The translations under genes and the position numbers were made by a program. A stretch of 64,000 nucleotides of DNA from Phoronis australis (lineage: Eukaryota; Animalia; Phoronida), in contig NMRA01000026.1 in assembly GCA_002633005.1 (NCBI GenBank), positions 1,322,710 through 1,386,709 of the forward strand, given 5' to 3'. Under the pieces are notes generated by a model, which was not told where the DNA came from, ran no database searches, and worked only from the letters and a program-made list of their open reading frames with translations. Position 1 is the stretch's first letter. The number at the start of each line of letters is the position of its first letter. Positions 38,901-53,900 of the stretch are shown piece by piece.

Positions 38901-41900
38901 CAATTAGTTGTAACTTCCCGTCAGGGAGGCGCACAATCTGCTGGCCTGGAATCATGAATTCAAATAGTGTTGAAGTGATCAAAACAAAATTGGCAGTATG
39001 GATAGCATGACGAGAAATCTAGACAATTAAGATAAAATTCTAGTAGTAAACATAAATTCAGTAAATTCGAAGTAGTTTCCATAAGTTTCGGAAATAATAT
39101 GCTAGTGCATTTTTAAACAGACATTTCAATGAGCAACTGTTCTTCAGTGTGCAACACATACATCAATTTCTGTACATTTTGATAGTATTCCAATTCAAAT
39201 AGAGAAGACAACCTAGAAAGATACACTTCAATCACAAACGCTCATACTACAGCTCCAATAAGAAGGAGCTCAAAAATGGAGGGACAATTCAGTAACCAGA
39301 CTCATAAATATTCTTCCCAGATCTACCCTTTCAGTAACTGGGCCTCATTCAGACTTACTACAAACTGAGGCCTGAGAACAAAACCTGTGGCAGCAACCAA
39401 ATACACACTGTGGCCAAAACAAAATTCAGAAAAATTAAACCAAAACATCTGGCACTTGCCATTGAATAAATTAGGATGTCTCAACTTTAAATTGTAACTT
39501 TAAATTTGATCAAACAAATTTAAGAACAAGCTGCCAAGTTTGTTATAAATTTCTTTATGAAATCCAAAAATCCTGGATGAACATGTTCTCTTAATGGCAC
39601 GAATACCAGCCCTCTGAGGCCATCATTAACTTACCAGGCATCAGTCCTCTGACTGTGTAGGTTCCCGACGGACCCTGGACAATCTGGAGCTGTTGAGTGG
39701 CAGGACTGGCTGCAGTGGGCCGCATCTGGATGACTGGAAGGAGACAGAATACACACTGATGTATTGAGAATGGCCTCAAAGAATAACAAGTTATTACTCT
39801 GCGCGTATAAGCGCAGAGTACTGTTGTTCCTGGGTTTTCTTCAATTTTATTCTTCTTATTCTTATTCTTCTTATTCTTATTCTTCTTATTCTTCTTCCGA
39901 CCAACTTTGAGGCTTAATAACTCCAAATTGGGTGCAGGTACAGTCTTTAAATTCAACATATGATTTTTGACAGTATATAAATTTTGATTCATTATATAAT
40001 CATATTCCATATTGCAACGGAAGAGGTTGTTTGGTGCAAAGGTCATATAATTTTCAAAATGCTACTCCTTCTTCAGTTTTAAAGCTATCTTTTTCAAATT
40101 CGGTGCACAGGTATAAGTCAACAACACAATTTAAAAAAATACTTTTCTAAGTAATCGAATCATACAATCAGATAATACAGGTCAAAGATCATTAGGTGCA
40201 AACTATAATTTTGAGCTAGACACTTCAAATTAACAAGTCTGATTGGTACGTCCAATTCAATTCGAAATATAAAGTTTCAGGTCATTTAGTGCAACCACGG
40301 GGTCATTAGGTGCATTTTTCTTCTGAAAATTTGTCCTATTCATTCACCAAGTATTCTGATGTGTGGACCATTAGACAACTGTGATTCTCAGCATTAAACA
40401 TACTTTTTACGGGCTTTGCAATAATTCTCCTTAAGATGCTTATAATGCACCGGATAGGGTCAATTAGTGCAAAGCTCATTTAACGTTCAAAATGTTATAT
40501 CTCCTGCATTTTTCAAGGAATTCTTTTCAATTTCAGCACACTGGTGTAATCCAACATGCCAATCGAACACCCTACTTTACTAAGCAATAGGCCCATCCAA
40601 TCAGAAAAAATAGGTCAAAGGTCATTAAGTGCAAACTAAAATTTTGAGCTAGAGACTTCAAAATTACATATTTGCTTAGTAAATGCAATTGAGTTTGAAT
40701 TCTAAAGTTTCAGGTCATTTGGTGCACCCATGGGGTCATTAGGTGCATTTTTCTTCTGAAAGTTTGACCAATTCCTTCATCTTGTATTCTAAAGTGCTTA
40801 AAGTAAGACATCTGTGATTCTTAGCATTAACCACACTTTTAATCGAGTTAACACTTATTCCTTCATCGGGGCTCATAATGCACCAGAAGGGGTCAATTAG
40901 TGCAAAGGTTATCAAAATATTCAGATGTAATTTCTCCTACAGTTTTAAAGAATTCCTTTTCATATTAGTAAACAGCTTGTTGTCAATAATTTTCCATTAC
41001 AATTCTAGTAATACGCTTGCGCAGAGTCCATTATTGTCACGCCGTGACAAAAATCTTTCTAGTTAGTTCTTAGCAATTTAGAAATAATTTCTCATCTGAG
41101 GAACAAATTGAGACCAATTTTATAGTGGTAACATGGTCTAAATCAAAAGCTCGCTTCTTCGACAGGAGACGGGTTGAAAGCAGCTTTAAGAGGCAAAATT
41201 AAAAAGATTTTGATGCACACATCATGTACTTAAATTATGAATATATTTCATGGATATTATGAAAAGATCCTATATTGATTCACGATGACTATAATATAAC
41301 GGTATGCCAAATTGAATGCAAAATTGACAGAAGTGAGGACAATCAGAAATGACGAAATCTTTATTAGGTCATGTTTAACTAAATAATTTTATGATATCCC
41401 CTGCCCAGGGCACGTATACAAGGAAAAAATTTGCTCAAATACACCGAGGGGTTATATTTGGGAGTCTTATGCACAATTAAATCCCAAAACTTTTCCCAGT
41501 TTCATACGAAATGGACACCAAAACTTTAACTAATTAGTAAATTTTCAACACTAAACTCCTACCTGTAGGGACAATCATACATTGACAATGTTGGGTAATG
41601 AGACTCCTACTTTCATGCTTGAGTTTATATTTGGAGTTGACTTTTGGTCCCAAAACTGTATTAATTTTTCCTTTTGTCGTCCCTAGATTGTATGCAGAAA
41701 ATTCCGGCAATAAAAAATCCATCAATGTTTTTTTCTTTTTCTTATCTCCTGACGATCAGGGACCAAGAGTTTACACTTGAATAGTTCAACGTTGTATATT
41801 TTATAGTATGTTCAGTAGATTGCTCAGAATGACCTTAACATCTGTAAGTTACCTTTGTTACTTGAAACAGCAAGTGGAGCGATGGTCTTCACGCCAGGTG

Positions 41901-44900
41901 AAGTGATAGAGACAGCGCCACCTTGAGGCTGCGTGGATGTGATGGTCTGTTTGGGTGCCACTGTGATGGTAGTGCCATGCAAACTGAACTTGGCAGCTGG
42001 CCGTGCTGTCACAGTAGGTGTCACTGGAGAGGCAAACATAAACTGTGAAGTCATAAACCATGAAGTCATTTACTAGACAATACAACTGTTTGACCACAAA
42101 AAGAGATTTTAACATGAATACATACAAGCCATCATAAGTGAACTCGAAAAAATTGAGGCTGTGTGAATTTAACAGTTTAACTTTAACCACAACTCTGTTT
42201 CGTTGAGACAAACGAGAATTGTCTCGTCATTCAACAACTGGAAAACAACTTTTACAATATAATAAAAAAACTTCTCTGCAAATGAACCTGCTAAGTTGAT
42301 GCTACGTAGACAGAGGTACAAACTGACAACAATAGATTTACACTGGTCACTGGTAAAACATTTTTCAACCATCACAACATCCTCATTTGTATTTTCAATG
42401 CACATAATCCTTAGCAAGCTGCCAAACAGACCCACTCACCTGCCTGGCCCGGAGAGAACACCACCTTAGGTATGGCGACCTTCTGTGCAGCTGAGGTCGT
42501 TACTGAGGAAACAGCGGTAGTGTTACTAAGAGCGACCGAGCGCACTGCACCCAACACAGCAGGACTAAGGGTGTTCACTCGGATGGTGTTGGTATTAACT
42601 TTCTTCAGCTGTTCCTCAGCTAGCCTCTTCTGTTGCATGGCCAGTCGTTGTTGCTTTAACTGAGCCTCCATCTGAGCCTTGAGCTGCTCGATGTTGGCTG
42701 TGCCTTTTAACACTGTAACAGGTTTCTGATCCACCTTCTGTTGTTGTTGTTGTTGTTGTTGTTGCTGGGGTTTCTCTGGTTCTGGCTTCGAAGCCTGCTG
42801 TTGCTTAGCCAGTCTAAAAAGGAATTACACATGAGAATGTTAAGTTTCTCAAATCACAGAGCTCACCCACTAAAAATCGCACTCCCGTAGTAACTTTGTC
42901 AAGACTCATTCATCCACAGCTCTGAATTACGTCGTCCGAGGCTTTTACTCCTTGAAAGGAAAACCTGTCATTGCAAGTCCCAAACAACTCACATGCATAT
43001 TTGACGACAAAACAAATGATACGCTTAAAAATTGCTAATTTTAGCAATGAAGATGGAGAGAGTAGTCTAATCCCGTTGGACCGGCTTGCACCACGTTGCA
43101 AGTGTAAAAAGTTATTAATTAAGCAACTGGGTCGCGGTTGATAAATCGTGTTTTTTTCGAGGAAACGAAATGAAGTCACGTTCACTGATCTGAAACAGTG
43201 CTTGCTGATACGGTAAGTGGACTGCCATTCAAGTTTCATAAGTTCCGCGGTATGACCATTATGCAGCATGCAAATATATTTGAAAACATCTGAGGGTTTT
43301 GCAACGGTCTCACAAAATCACCTTTTCAAACTCAAAATCCTGTTTCTGTTTGAGCTGTGAGAAACTTGGTGGTTGTCGGGTTCCTCTTATTGACCAAACT
43401 TTCAAGTTCCGTGCTCAAATGAACACCCCACGCACTTGTCCAGTTTGGCTGAAATTTGGACAAAAGTGGCCGCTGATTGGGTAATTGCCCACCCCTGACT
43501 AATGCCAATTTTCAATTTAAGCGCCCAATGCTTAGGTAATCGCTCCCCCCATCCCCCTTCAAGGTTTCCCCAACTTAATAAGCACCCAGGGCATTAACCC
43601 GCAAGTTTATGGTAGATAAAAGTCAGCGTACTTCAAGAACAAGGAAAATGCCAGAATAGTGGCTCGCCGGCTGCAAAAAATGAACGCAAGTTACTCACTT
43701 CTCGCCAAATTGCTTAATTTCCCAGAGTTCCAAGTTCTCCTCAGGTACCCAACTCTCTGTGATGCTAGGCTCGGTCAATTTAGGAGATTCTGCACGTTTA
43801 CGCTCTCGAAGACCTTTCCTTTGAGAAGTGTACTTTTCTACAACACAATCCACAACAATGATAACAACAATTAATAATAACAATGATAACAACAATGATA
43901 ACAACAATGATAACAAAGAATAAATGAGTAGTGTAGATTTCAAACTAAACTCAAATAATAATAATAAAAAATTTTGAACAGGAAGCAGGATACAAATTTT
44001 GCCAGGTTTAAGTGGTTAAATCATATTCTATTAATCGTAGGAACGAATTCACAGAACATGAAGTAATAGAGGTGGTGGTCAGTAATGAACATTAGCATTC
44101 CCCCATGAGGCAACGTGGGATTTTATCTAGGGACCACTTGGTAGCCATTGGACGACTCCATCCAAAACGTCATGCCAATGTAAATAGACGAGAGGGAGGT
44201 GTACATACACCAAAAATTTTTAGAAATGATGACTAGTCCTGAACACTATCTCCAACAAGATCTGATAGTCTTTTTAACATAACACATGTGTACTAATGAG
44301 CTCACCTCTTTTAGGCTCTGCTGGCAAACCAATGGGCACCACAATTTTCCGTACAAAAAATTCTGAGCGAATATTATATGGTCCAATATCTCGTCTTTTC
44401 AGGAGTTCACACGTGGTGATGTCCGTCTCGGTAGTGTTAGTGTTTGTGCCACCAACAGGTGGCTTCAAAGCCAGGTCGTCCCATCTCAAGCAAGCCCACA
44501 GAACCCTCAGCTGTACAGCAGCTCCTGCTAATGATTTAATCATCTGAGTACGATATCGCATAGCCGTCTTGAAGCGAGGTCGTGGGCACGGATACGGCCA
44601 ATCCATGCTGTTGTGTTTGGCTGTGTAGTGGAACCCGTCGCTTTCCATTTTTCCACCTTTGCGCGCCATCTTGTGGAGTTCACACGTGTCCAGTATTAGG
44701 AGACTGCGTTTGTTGTGACGTGTCATGAACTTTTGACAGACAGGTAGGGAGGATCGTTTCTTTTGCAGCTGACTCTTAGCATTCTTAGGTCGCAGCACTC
44801 CCAACTTGACCTGGTCATGCAACTCACGCTCTTTCGGAATTTTGGCTTTTAAGGATGCAATCTGCTCTTTTGTAAGAATGTGAGGGATGCGAATATTTCC

Positions 44901-47900
44901 TTTAGACGTGCTGATCACCTCACCTTTAGCTGCACCTGGCTTAAGAAGGCTTACTTGTTTGTTACCTGAAAGATATCAGTTTAGGATACTTAAATCTATC
45001 ACTAAGCCCTCAACATCACATTGAAGCCTAGGACGAGAGTTATCAAAAAAATCTTGCTAGTAATACAACACTATTCAGTACACACGATTCTTTACTATAA
45101 ATGTTTTGATGTCACAATATAAACCCACCTGTTCCAATCTTAGTGTCTGTATCAGACTCTTTTTTTTCTGTTTTAACCTTCGACTTCTCATCATCCCCTT
45201 TGTCATCTGTTTCCATCTTCTCTTCCTTAACTTCTGTTTCTTTCTTGACTTCTGCAGTTTTTGTACTCCCTTCAACTTTATCATCGTCAGCAGTAGCTTC
45301 CTTTTTAATGACACCAACATGAGAGTTAACTGATACCTCGGCCTCACTACTACCACAGTCAACCTCCATCTCAGCATTTTTACCATCAGCGCAACCTGGT
45401 GTCTTAGCAAGACTAGCATTAGGGCAACCTGGTGTCTGAGTATCACCAGTACCAGCACCATCTGGATTTTGAACACTATCAGTACCAGTGTCATTTAGTG
45501 TCCCAGTACTACTAACACCAGCGCCATCTGGTGTTCGAGAACCACCAGCACTACCAACACCTGTTGTCTGTGCACTTTCTGTCTTTTTATCACTATCATC
45601 GTTGCTTCCATCTCCCTCATTGTTGGCGTCTCCATCACTGCTGGTGTCCATCTTTTCAGTGTCGTTAACCACATCCACATCTCCACTGTCCTCGTCCTTT
45701 TTACCTTGCTTACCCATGTTGCCATCATTGAGTTTACCACTCAAGTCTTTGTCAGTTTGTTCATCCTTGCTGTCATCACCATTGTCCTCATCATCATCAC
45801 CCTCCACATCTATGTCTCCAGTAAGATCAACATCATCATCATCATCATCATCATCATCGTCATCATCATTGCCATTGTCGCCATTGTGACTGACATCATC
45901 TACAGGTTCTTGTTTCATATCCTGAAAATTGTAAATCATAAAAATTACCGAGAGCAAGAATTTAATGTTATCTTAATGAATATGCCAACACAAATACAGC
46001 TTGAAGTTGCATTTGGCCTCATTTAGCTGTCACTTCAAACACATTTCAAATTCTTAATTGAAGAACCACAACTAACACCTGATTTGCGATGCTCCAACAG
46101 AAAATAGTTATTGCTGTGAAATGTTACTGGCCTATTTTTGAATGAAATTCCCTGAACACCAATTTCAAATTTCAGGGTTGGCCAACGCTAATAAAACTGA
46201 CGATTTTTGAGACCAATTTTATCAGAGTAAAAGACCTAATGTGATTTTCGTTTTTAGCCAGCTAAGGAGGGCGAAACACAGCTTTAACTGACATTGGCAA
46301 AACACAGCCTTAACTGACATTGGCAAAACACAGCCGAGTCAGTGAAGCATGAAAGAGAAAGAGCACTAAATCTTGAATGTAGTGATCAATGTTACACCTT
46401 CAAGAAAAATGTTGTGACAAGATATAAACACGTTAACACACTGAACTTTATCGTCATGGCAGCTGATAACGAACTGATGCAGAGTGTGAATACAAACCTT
46501 ACGACCACTTTCTTCAACGTCCATTTTCTCTTCATCCTTGACTCTAAGAACATAATGGAGACAAGTTGGAGAATAACAGCCACCAGGCGGAGACTCTCGA
46601 CAGAGATAAGAATAGCAAGGCATGAGAGACGGACCAACTTCATCCTTTACACTAGATTTATCACTGTCTTTATTAGCTTCTTTTTCTTGCTTCTTCCTGA
46701 GAGCCTCCTCACTGCGAGCAATCAACTGTTGTATCGTAGTCCGTTGTTTCTTCTCAATTTCCTGCAGATGGAGCCGCCTGGTGAGCAAGATGTCTAACTT
46801 AGCCGCGCGTTTCTTGATTTTAGGATAAAACGTGCGATTGACAATACTGTCACTGATGTCAATCACATCAGGATACTCAATACTGTCACTTTCCTGTTGT
46901 GACTCAGAAAGAACACTCGAGGACACTTTCCCATCAGACTCGGACACATCCTTACTCTTCTCATCAATGTTCATTTTCTCACTCTCAGCAAGATCATCCT
47001 TAGCACTATCTTCCCCAGTTCCACCTTCCTGACTTGCCTCATCATCAATCTCCATCTTGCTGTCTGAGCCATCACCTTGTTCATCAGCTTTGACCTCAGA
47101 TGATGTCTCACCCTCACCACAGATGGCACTGTCACCACCATCCTTTGACAACGTCTTCTCTCCCCCCACTTTACACTGTTCTTTCTTTTCCCTGACATCT
47201 AGTGCAGTCCCAACCTTCTCGGCCTTTAACTTACAAGCCAAGCCCTTGAGTCCCATTTGGGCCGAAGAACGGCTACGGTTGACACGAGTTGAGCTCAACC
47301 ACATCCACCCACCCTGTCCGTGAATACGATATTCCTCACCCCTTTGCTTCCACACCTAAAAAAGTAAATATCTGGTAACTGACCAAAAGTTCGAGATCAT
47401 TAATAACCTTTCATCACATTAGCTTGTGTAAAAAATAATTTGTCATTTATGTCACTCCCGAACAACGAGATTTCTGCCATGTTCTTTTTCTGTTGACAAT
47501 CATATGTCAATCAGTACCTCAGTTATGGAGCAAACACCAATGATCCCACTGCAGATGAAAAAAGATCTTTACCTGATGTTTCAGACCCAGGGTATACTTT
47601 ATCCAGTTGCCAAGGCGACGGTTGATATCCTCCTCCTCTGCTGCTTCCTTTCTACGCTCTTTCTGACGTTTCTTTATCTCTTCTTGTTCAAGAGCAGTAA
47701 TACGTCGCATCTTGAAATGTCCTGCAAAGAAGAAACAATCACACAAATTACGACGATTCAGTTATTAAAACTATTCAGTTGCAATGAAGAAATAATTGAC
47801 AATGCACTCAAAGTACCTTTCAATACCATTTTCCACGTTTTGAAATCACCACACATTGTCACCATACTTGGACCATGTTCAAAATTATTCCAAATCACAA

Positions 47901-50900
47901 CTATAGTTTTAAAGTAAGACAAACATTCATTATAGGTTCATCACCTGAACGCAGCCAATAAAGGTTTCAATTGTCTATGTGATAGATTTCACTCCGTCTG
48001 TTACAAGAAAAGCAACATATGATTCCTATTAACAAATTGTCACACAGTGATTACACTTGCTGACATTTTGAAAGGGTTCTTTTTGATCGCAAACTTGTGT
48101 TTAAAGGCACAATAAAATTCTATAAAGTGATTTGTGGACTGCTTGTTAATTCTTACACGCGTGTCTCTTAACTGAAGTATTACTTCTAGCCATGAAAACA
48201 TAGGAGGACCAGACTATATTCCAGCACGCTCTGTTTTAACATCAAATGTAGGCTGTAGAGTTACCTAAGCCATCATGCCACACTGGAAGGAACAGGACTG
48301 GCTTGATACACGCCTCAAAGATAGACAGTGCCATGGCAAAGTCAATAGGCTTCTGACACATGTGTACGGCAGTAAGCCATTGTTGGCGATGACTCAACCA
48401 GTTTGGGTGCAGGAACGCTGTGGGGATGTTGGTCTCGAGTTGAGACAGTGACAGGCGTAGCGTGGACACGGTGAGCGACAAGTTACCATAGACGGTGCCG
48501 TTCCATTTGAAGTCGCCAGCAGGGGTCAGGCTGAACTTGTGCGACAGCCATCGTTTACGTTCCTTTTCTTCATTGTGCTGGTGTTTGTTGAGAGCCAGCG
48601 AGTTGCTGGTGTACTCATTCTGATACATCTTGTAGTTACCCTCCATACCTAAGATATAAGACACAGTTGAGAAACATGGAGAATCTTGTATACCATATTG
48701 TGCGAAAAACACACCAAGATATTTAAGGGACACGCTTGGTTTTAGGGACAAAACAGTATGGTAGTTGGATGGGATTGATATCTTTGACCAGACCTGAAAA
48801 AATGACACAAAGAGGCGTTTACGTAATTTTATTACATACGATATATTTTCACCGTTGGCTACCAGTCATTTGCTGAGATCAAGAATGATGGCTTTACCAG
48901 TTAAATATGCCTAACCACTATGCTGAGTGGGATTTAGCTATTCCAGCAAAGTATTGGACTGTGACTGCCGAGGTTGTGAGTAGGAATCCTTGTTGGAGCT
49001 CATCCCTGAAAAACCACTCGTCTAGCCGATTATGCCACTTTAAAGGGTTGTCAATCAAAGTTTTACAGTTTAATCCTGCACCACTGTGGTCACCAAACTC
49101 ACAGAATGTGTCATGCCCAGGTCAGTCAACAGTGATCCCTTTTAGTTACTTCATAGAAGCTTCAAATGCATACCAGTAGAAATACAATAACTTATTCAAT
49201 TTTAATGCCAGTTACCCCCTGATTCAGCAGGCAAATAGTATATCATTGAAAATATGCGACTTGAAAATTCAGTAAATTTACCACAAACTGATGACTAAAT
49301 ACTATATCATTCATGTATATGTAATTAACAGTGATGTCATAGGCTGATGTACAGGCCATTTTCTTATAAAAACAGACTCTAAATGTTGAAATTCAAAGAC
49401 CAAAAATAACCACTAACTCTGAAAAGCCATATTTGAACAAACACATGTATCACTCAACAAATCAAAAACTGTAACCAAAGTCAGTCTGACTTATGCGCGC
49501 ACATCATTTAAAATTATTAGGGTTAAAGTGTGGTTTTACAAAAATCTTGGCACAAGACTCACTCACCCAGCTTAAAGAATTCTGCCTTTTGAATGACTTG
49601 TACAGAGTTCGATGTACTAGTAGAGGACTTTACCGACTTGTTAACTTTGGTGATTTCACCGTCTTTATTGATGACAAGAACAGAACTGTCTTCCTGGAAC
49701 TCCTTTGCTTGTCGCTCTGCGGCAAAACAGACCAGACACTTGAAAAATCCTTCAATAACAGACTCTTCAAACAAGTTCAATGAGCTAAACATCAAGGATA
49801 ACTGAAAATTTGTACTGAACTTGGATTGAAATATATGAAGTATTTGATTTCAAAAAACACTTCAAGTCTATACGGCTCAGAAGACTCAGTACTAAGTCAG
49901 ATGAAACGTAACCAAGCAGACCACAGGGCTCGACGCTATTAAAATCGTCAGGTCGCATTTTGCGACCTAGCCAAAATCCCAGGTCGCATTTTCAAAATCC
50001 AGCTCGCATTCGTAAATGCCAGGTCGCAAAATTTTCCCGCCATTTTTACGCGCCAAAATAGATTTTTTAGATCATCGAGAAAATGTTTAAATTATGCTCT
50101 TACCTGCAGCGTTAAATACTCACAAATTTCGGATCTCAAAATTGACTTCATTCATGCAGGTACGGCCTTACTGCTCTTCACGACCGCCATTGAAAAACTC
50201 TAGAGCGCAAGGCAAGTTGCCGACGTGAAAGTTGAATCAGTGCTCTCTAACTGACTTGTGCATTCGAGAAGCTAAATTTGCGATGTGAAAAAGGAGAAAA
50301 TGCCATGCCCGTTGAAAAAGTATCCGGGATTTTGTTAGATCTGGCCTGCTACTGGCTGTCATCAAAGTCGTTAACGATTCAAACTAACTCGGGTAATGGC
50401 GAGTTTGCACCTCAATACCTTCCAAGTACAGGAAAAATAGGTCAGTCACAAAACGACACGCATGTCACTAGTNNNNNNNNNNNNNNNNNNNNNNNNNNNN
50501 NNNNNNNNNNNNNNNNNNNNNNNNNNNNNNNNNNNNNNNNNNNNNNNNNNNNNNNNNNNNNNNNNNNNNNNNNNNNNNNNNNNNNNNNNNNNNNNNNNNN
50601 NNNNNNNNNNNNNNNNNNNNNNNNNNNNNNNNNNNNNNNNNNNNNNNNNNNNNNNNNNNNNNNNNNNNNNNNNNNNNNNNNNNNNNNNNNNNNNNNNNNN
50701 NNNNNNNNNNNNNNNNNNNNNNNNNNNNNNNNNNNNNNNNNNNNNNNNNNNNNNNNNNNNNNNNNNNNNNNNNNNNNNNNNNNNNNNNNNNNNNNNNNNN
50801 NNNNNNNNNNNNNNNNNNNNNNNNNNNNNNNNNNNNNNNNNNNNNNNNNNNNNNNNNNNNNNNNNNNNNNNNNNNNNNNNNNNNNNNNNNNNNNNNNNNN

Positions 50901-53900
50901 NNNNNNNNNNNNNNNNNNNNNNNNNNNNNNNNNNNNNNNNNNNNNNNNNNNNNNNNNNNNNNNNNNNNNNNNNNNNNNNNNNNNNNNNNNNNNNNNNNNN
51001 NNNNNNNNNNNNNNNNNNNNNNNNNNNNNNNNNNNNNNNNNNNNNNNNNNNNNNNNNNNNNNNNNNNNNNNNNNNNNNNNNNNNNNNNNNNNNNNNNNNN
51101 NNNNNNNNNNNNNNNNNNNNNNNNNNNNNNNNNNNNNNNNNNNNNNNNNNNNNNNNNNNNNNNNNNNNNNNNNNNNNNNNNNNNNNNNNNNNNNNNNNNN
51201 NNNNNNNNNNNNNNNNNNNNNNNNNNNNNNNNNNNNNNNNNNNNNNNNNNNNNNNNNNNNNNNNNNNNNNNNNNNNNNNNNNNNNNNNNNNNNNNNNNNN
51301 NNNNNNNNNNNNNNNNNNNNNNNNNNNNNNNNNNNNNNNNNNNNNNNNNNNNNNNNNNNNNNNNNNNNAAGTGGCCGAAAGTGTTAGCCAATGAAACGCG
51401 TCAAAGATCGATTCTGCATATCCCATGTTCACGTGACTTGCTTACAAGTCATCGGGAGGGCTGTTCTCGGTTAGTGTTCTTTTGAACTTGGATTTGGCAA
51501 CAACCAAATAACGGTCGGATTAACAAGAGCTGCTTTGTATTTGCCTTGTATCTGTTGAGAAGTGTAAAAACTCAGCTCGCATTCGTTGGAAATTCCAGGT
51601 CGCATTTTGCGACTTGATACGAGCTGACAAAAATCTCAGCTCGCATTTCCAAATTTCAGGTCGTATTAATTTGCTCGTTATGTCGAGCCCTGAACAAGGA
51701 TACCCAGAGAATGTAGAACAAAACATTGTATTACACTTATAATGAGCTTTGATAAGGACTAAAAATAGTATTTGACAAGGGGGTGTGGAATCTGATTATA
51801 ACAAAGTCCACTCTCATCCAATTCCTCCCCACCACCACCAATTTCACTGCCCTTTTCCTTTCTCAAACCCTCATCTGTGGTCTCCGATTCCTTCTCACCA
51901 TTATATATAATTCACCCAACTCTTATACTAATGATCGCATTTTTGCCACACAAATAAACACTCGGGGAATGTCACATCAACCCCCCCTCCACACTCATAT
52001 GATTTGCAACAGACTTTGACATAAAATCCAAACAAATGCTTTTAGCAAACGGGCTACCCAAGTAACACGGCTCACACAATCAGTAAAATAGCTCCACACT
52101 CATGTATACAGCTCAATGAGTCACAAACAGGGCCCCGCACTCACAAAGCATGACTTACACACCCAAAAAGCACAGCTTCTGGACAGCAAATACGGCTTCG
52201 GCACCTGTAGACACAGCTCACTGGCTCTTTGCCGACTCATGCACGTAGTCATACGAGTCAACAAGCCGTGTTTTTGGGTGCATAAGCTGTGTGCGGGGCC
52301 ATGTTCTTGAGTCAGTGAGCTATGTTCATGACTGTGTGAGCCATGATCTTCTGGTAGCCAGGAAATCAAGGTGTCAAAATAGTACCCTTCCAGGCTGCCT
52401 GGCTGGTCATTTTCACACTGGCTGTGAGGCTTGTGACTGAGTCAGTGAATTGTTTGGGAGTGAGAGACCCAGTTCTTGTCCTGGTCACATAGCGCTTGCT
52501 CTCCGACGACTCTGTCACAAATAAACACGAACGTGGTTTCAGTCATATCATGATAACTTTGCTCATAAATGACAAAATAAAATCACAAAATACAACCTAA
52601 TCACTTAAGGGTTCAAATTTAGAGGATCTGACTGATCTCAAACAAACGGTCTCAACAAGTAGTTTTGAAAAATGTTTTAGTGCTGTAAAAAGTACACAGC
52701 GTTTCATAAAGTAAAACTTGTTTGATTTCTACAAAGAAAACCTGTGTTAGGGTATGAATAGCATCAAAATATTACTGACCGTCAGCAAAAAAGGTCTGAT
52801 GTCTCGACAAAATTAAGCAAGTCCATCTAACAACCATTTTAGCAATCAATAGATTTCAACCCACAAGTCACACAAAAATTGACTTTACTCACAATCAAAC
52901 ATTGGTGGCGCATGAGCTCAAGACAGAAAAATCCCATTACACTTTTAGCAAGTTTCAAGATGTTATGAAACACAGGTTGCAAAGACACCCCAGTTTGAGT
53001 CCCAAATGGAACAGAGACAGAATCATGCCATCCGTTGCCCTCACTTACCGTTTGACTCTGATGTCGTAGTGGTAGTGGTAGTTGATGTTACACTCACATC
53101 ACCTGCACCAATAGTCTTGTTAGGCATTTTGATCTCTGTCTTCTTCCCATCCTTACTAACAATCAAAATCATTTTGTTGCCAGCAGGACTACTATCATTA
53201 ACATCAAGTGTCTTAGTGATGAGTTTCTTGCCAGGAAACAGCGACTGAAGGGTTGCCATAGTTTTCTCATTGACAACCTGACCCTCTACTTTTTTAGACA
53301 CGTCATTCTTATTTGAAGGACTGACCCCTTCCTTGATCTCCAGTGTCTCACCGCCATCAGTGGCACCAGAAACATTCTTCTCAGAACACGCTCGGTCATC
53401 TGCATTTTCGTTACTTTTATTTTCAGTCGAATCCATTTCTTTCTTGTCACTTTTTTCAGAAGTGTCCATTTTCTCACATTCTTGTTTATCATCCACTTTT
53501 TCAACATTATTCATGATTTTGTTTTCCACTGACTGGTCATGTTTCTCACCATCCACATTAACCTCTGATACGACAGAAGTTGTGGAGGTTTTAGTTTCTG
53601 TGGCAACAGTCGTTTGAGTAGTTATTGTGGATTTAGCAACTGTCTCCTCTGCACTCGTTGAAGTACCACTTTCTGATTGGACGACAGTTGTAGATACTGT
53701 GGTTATTTCAGAAGTAGTAACAGTCGTTATCTGAAGAAAAAAAGACATTTTTCAAGTTTACTAAACAAATATGAGCAGCCTGTAAAGTTATTCAAGAACT
53801 ATGAATACGACCTCTTTGGTCCATTTCACCATTACAAAATAATGAAGAACAAAAAACTATGGAAAGCTACAGCAAAATAGCGACACAACAAACGTTCTAT

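Noticed and set aside
45488-47323. Plus-strand Ser/Leu-rich ORFs
   Set aside because: Antisense shadows of low-complexity BPTF exons.
50278-51432. ORFs over 300 aa
   Set aside because: Artefacts of the N gap.
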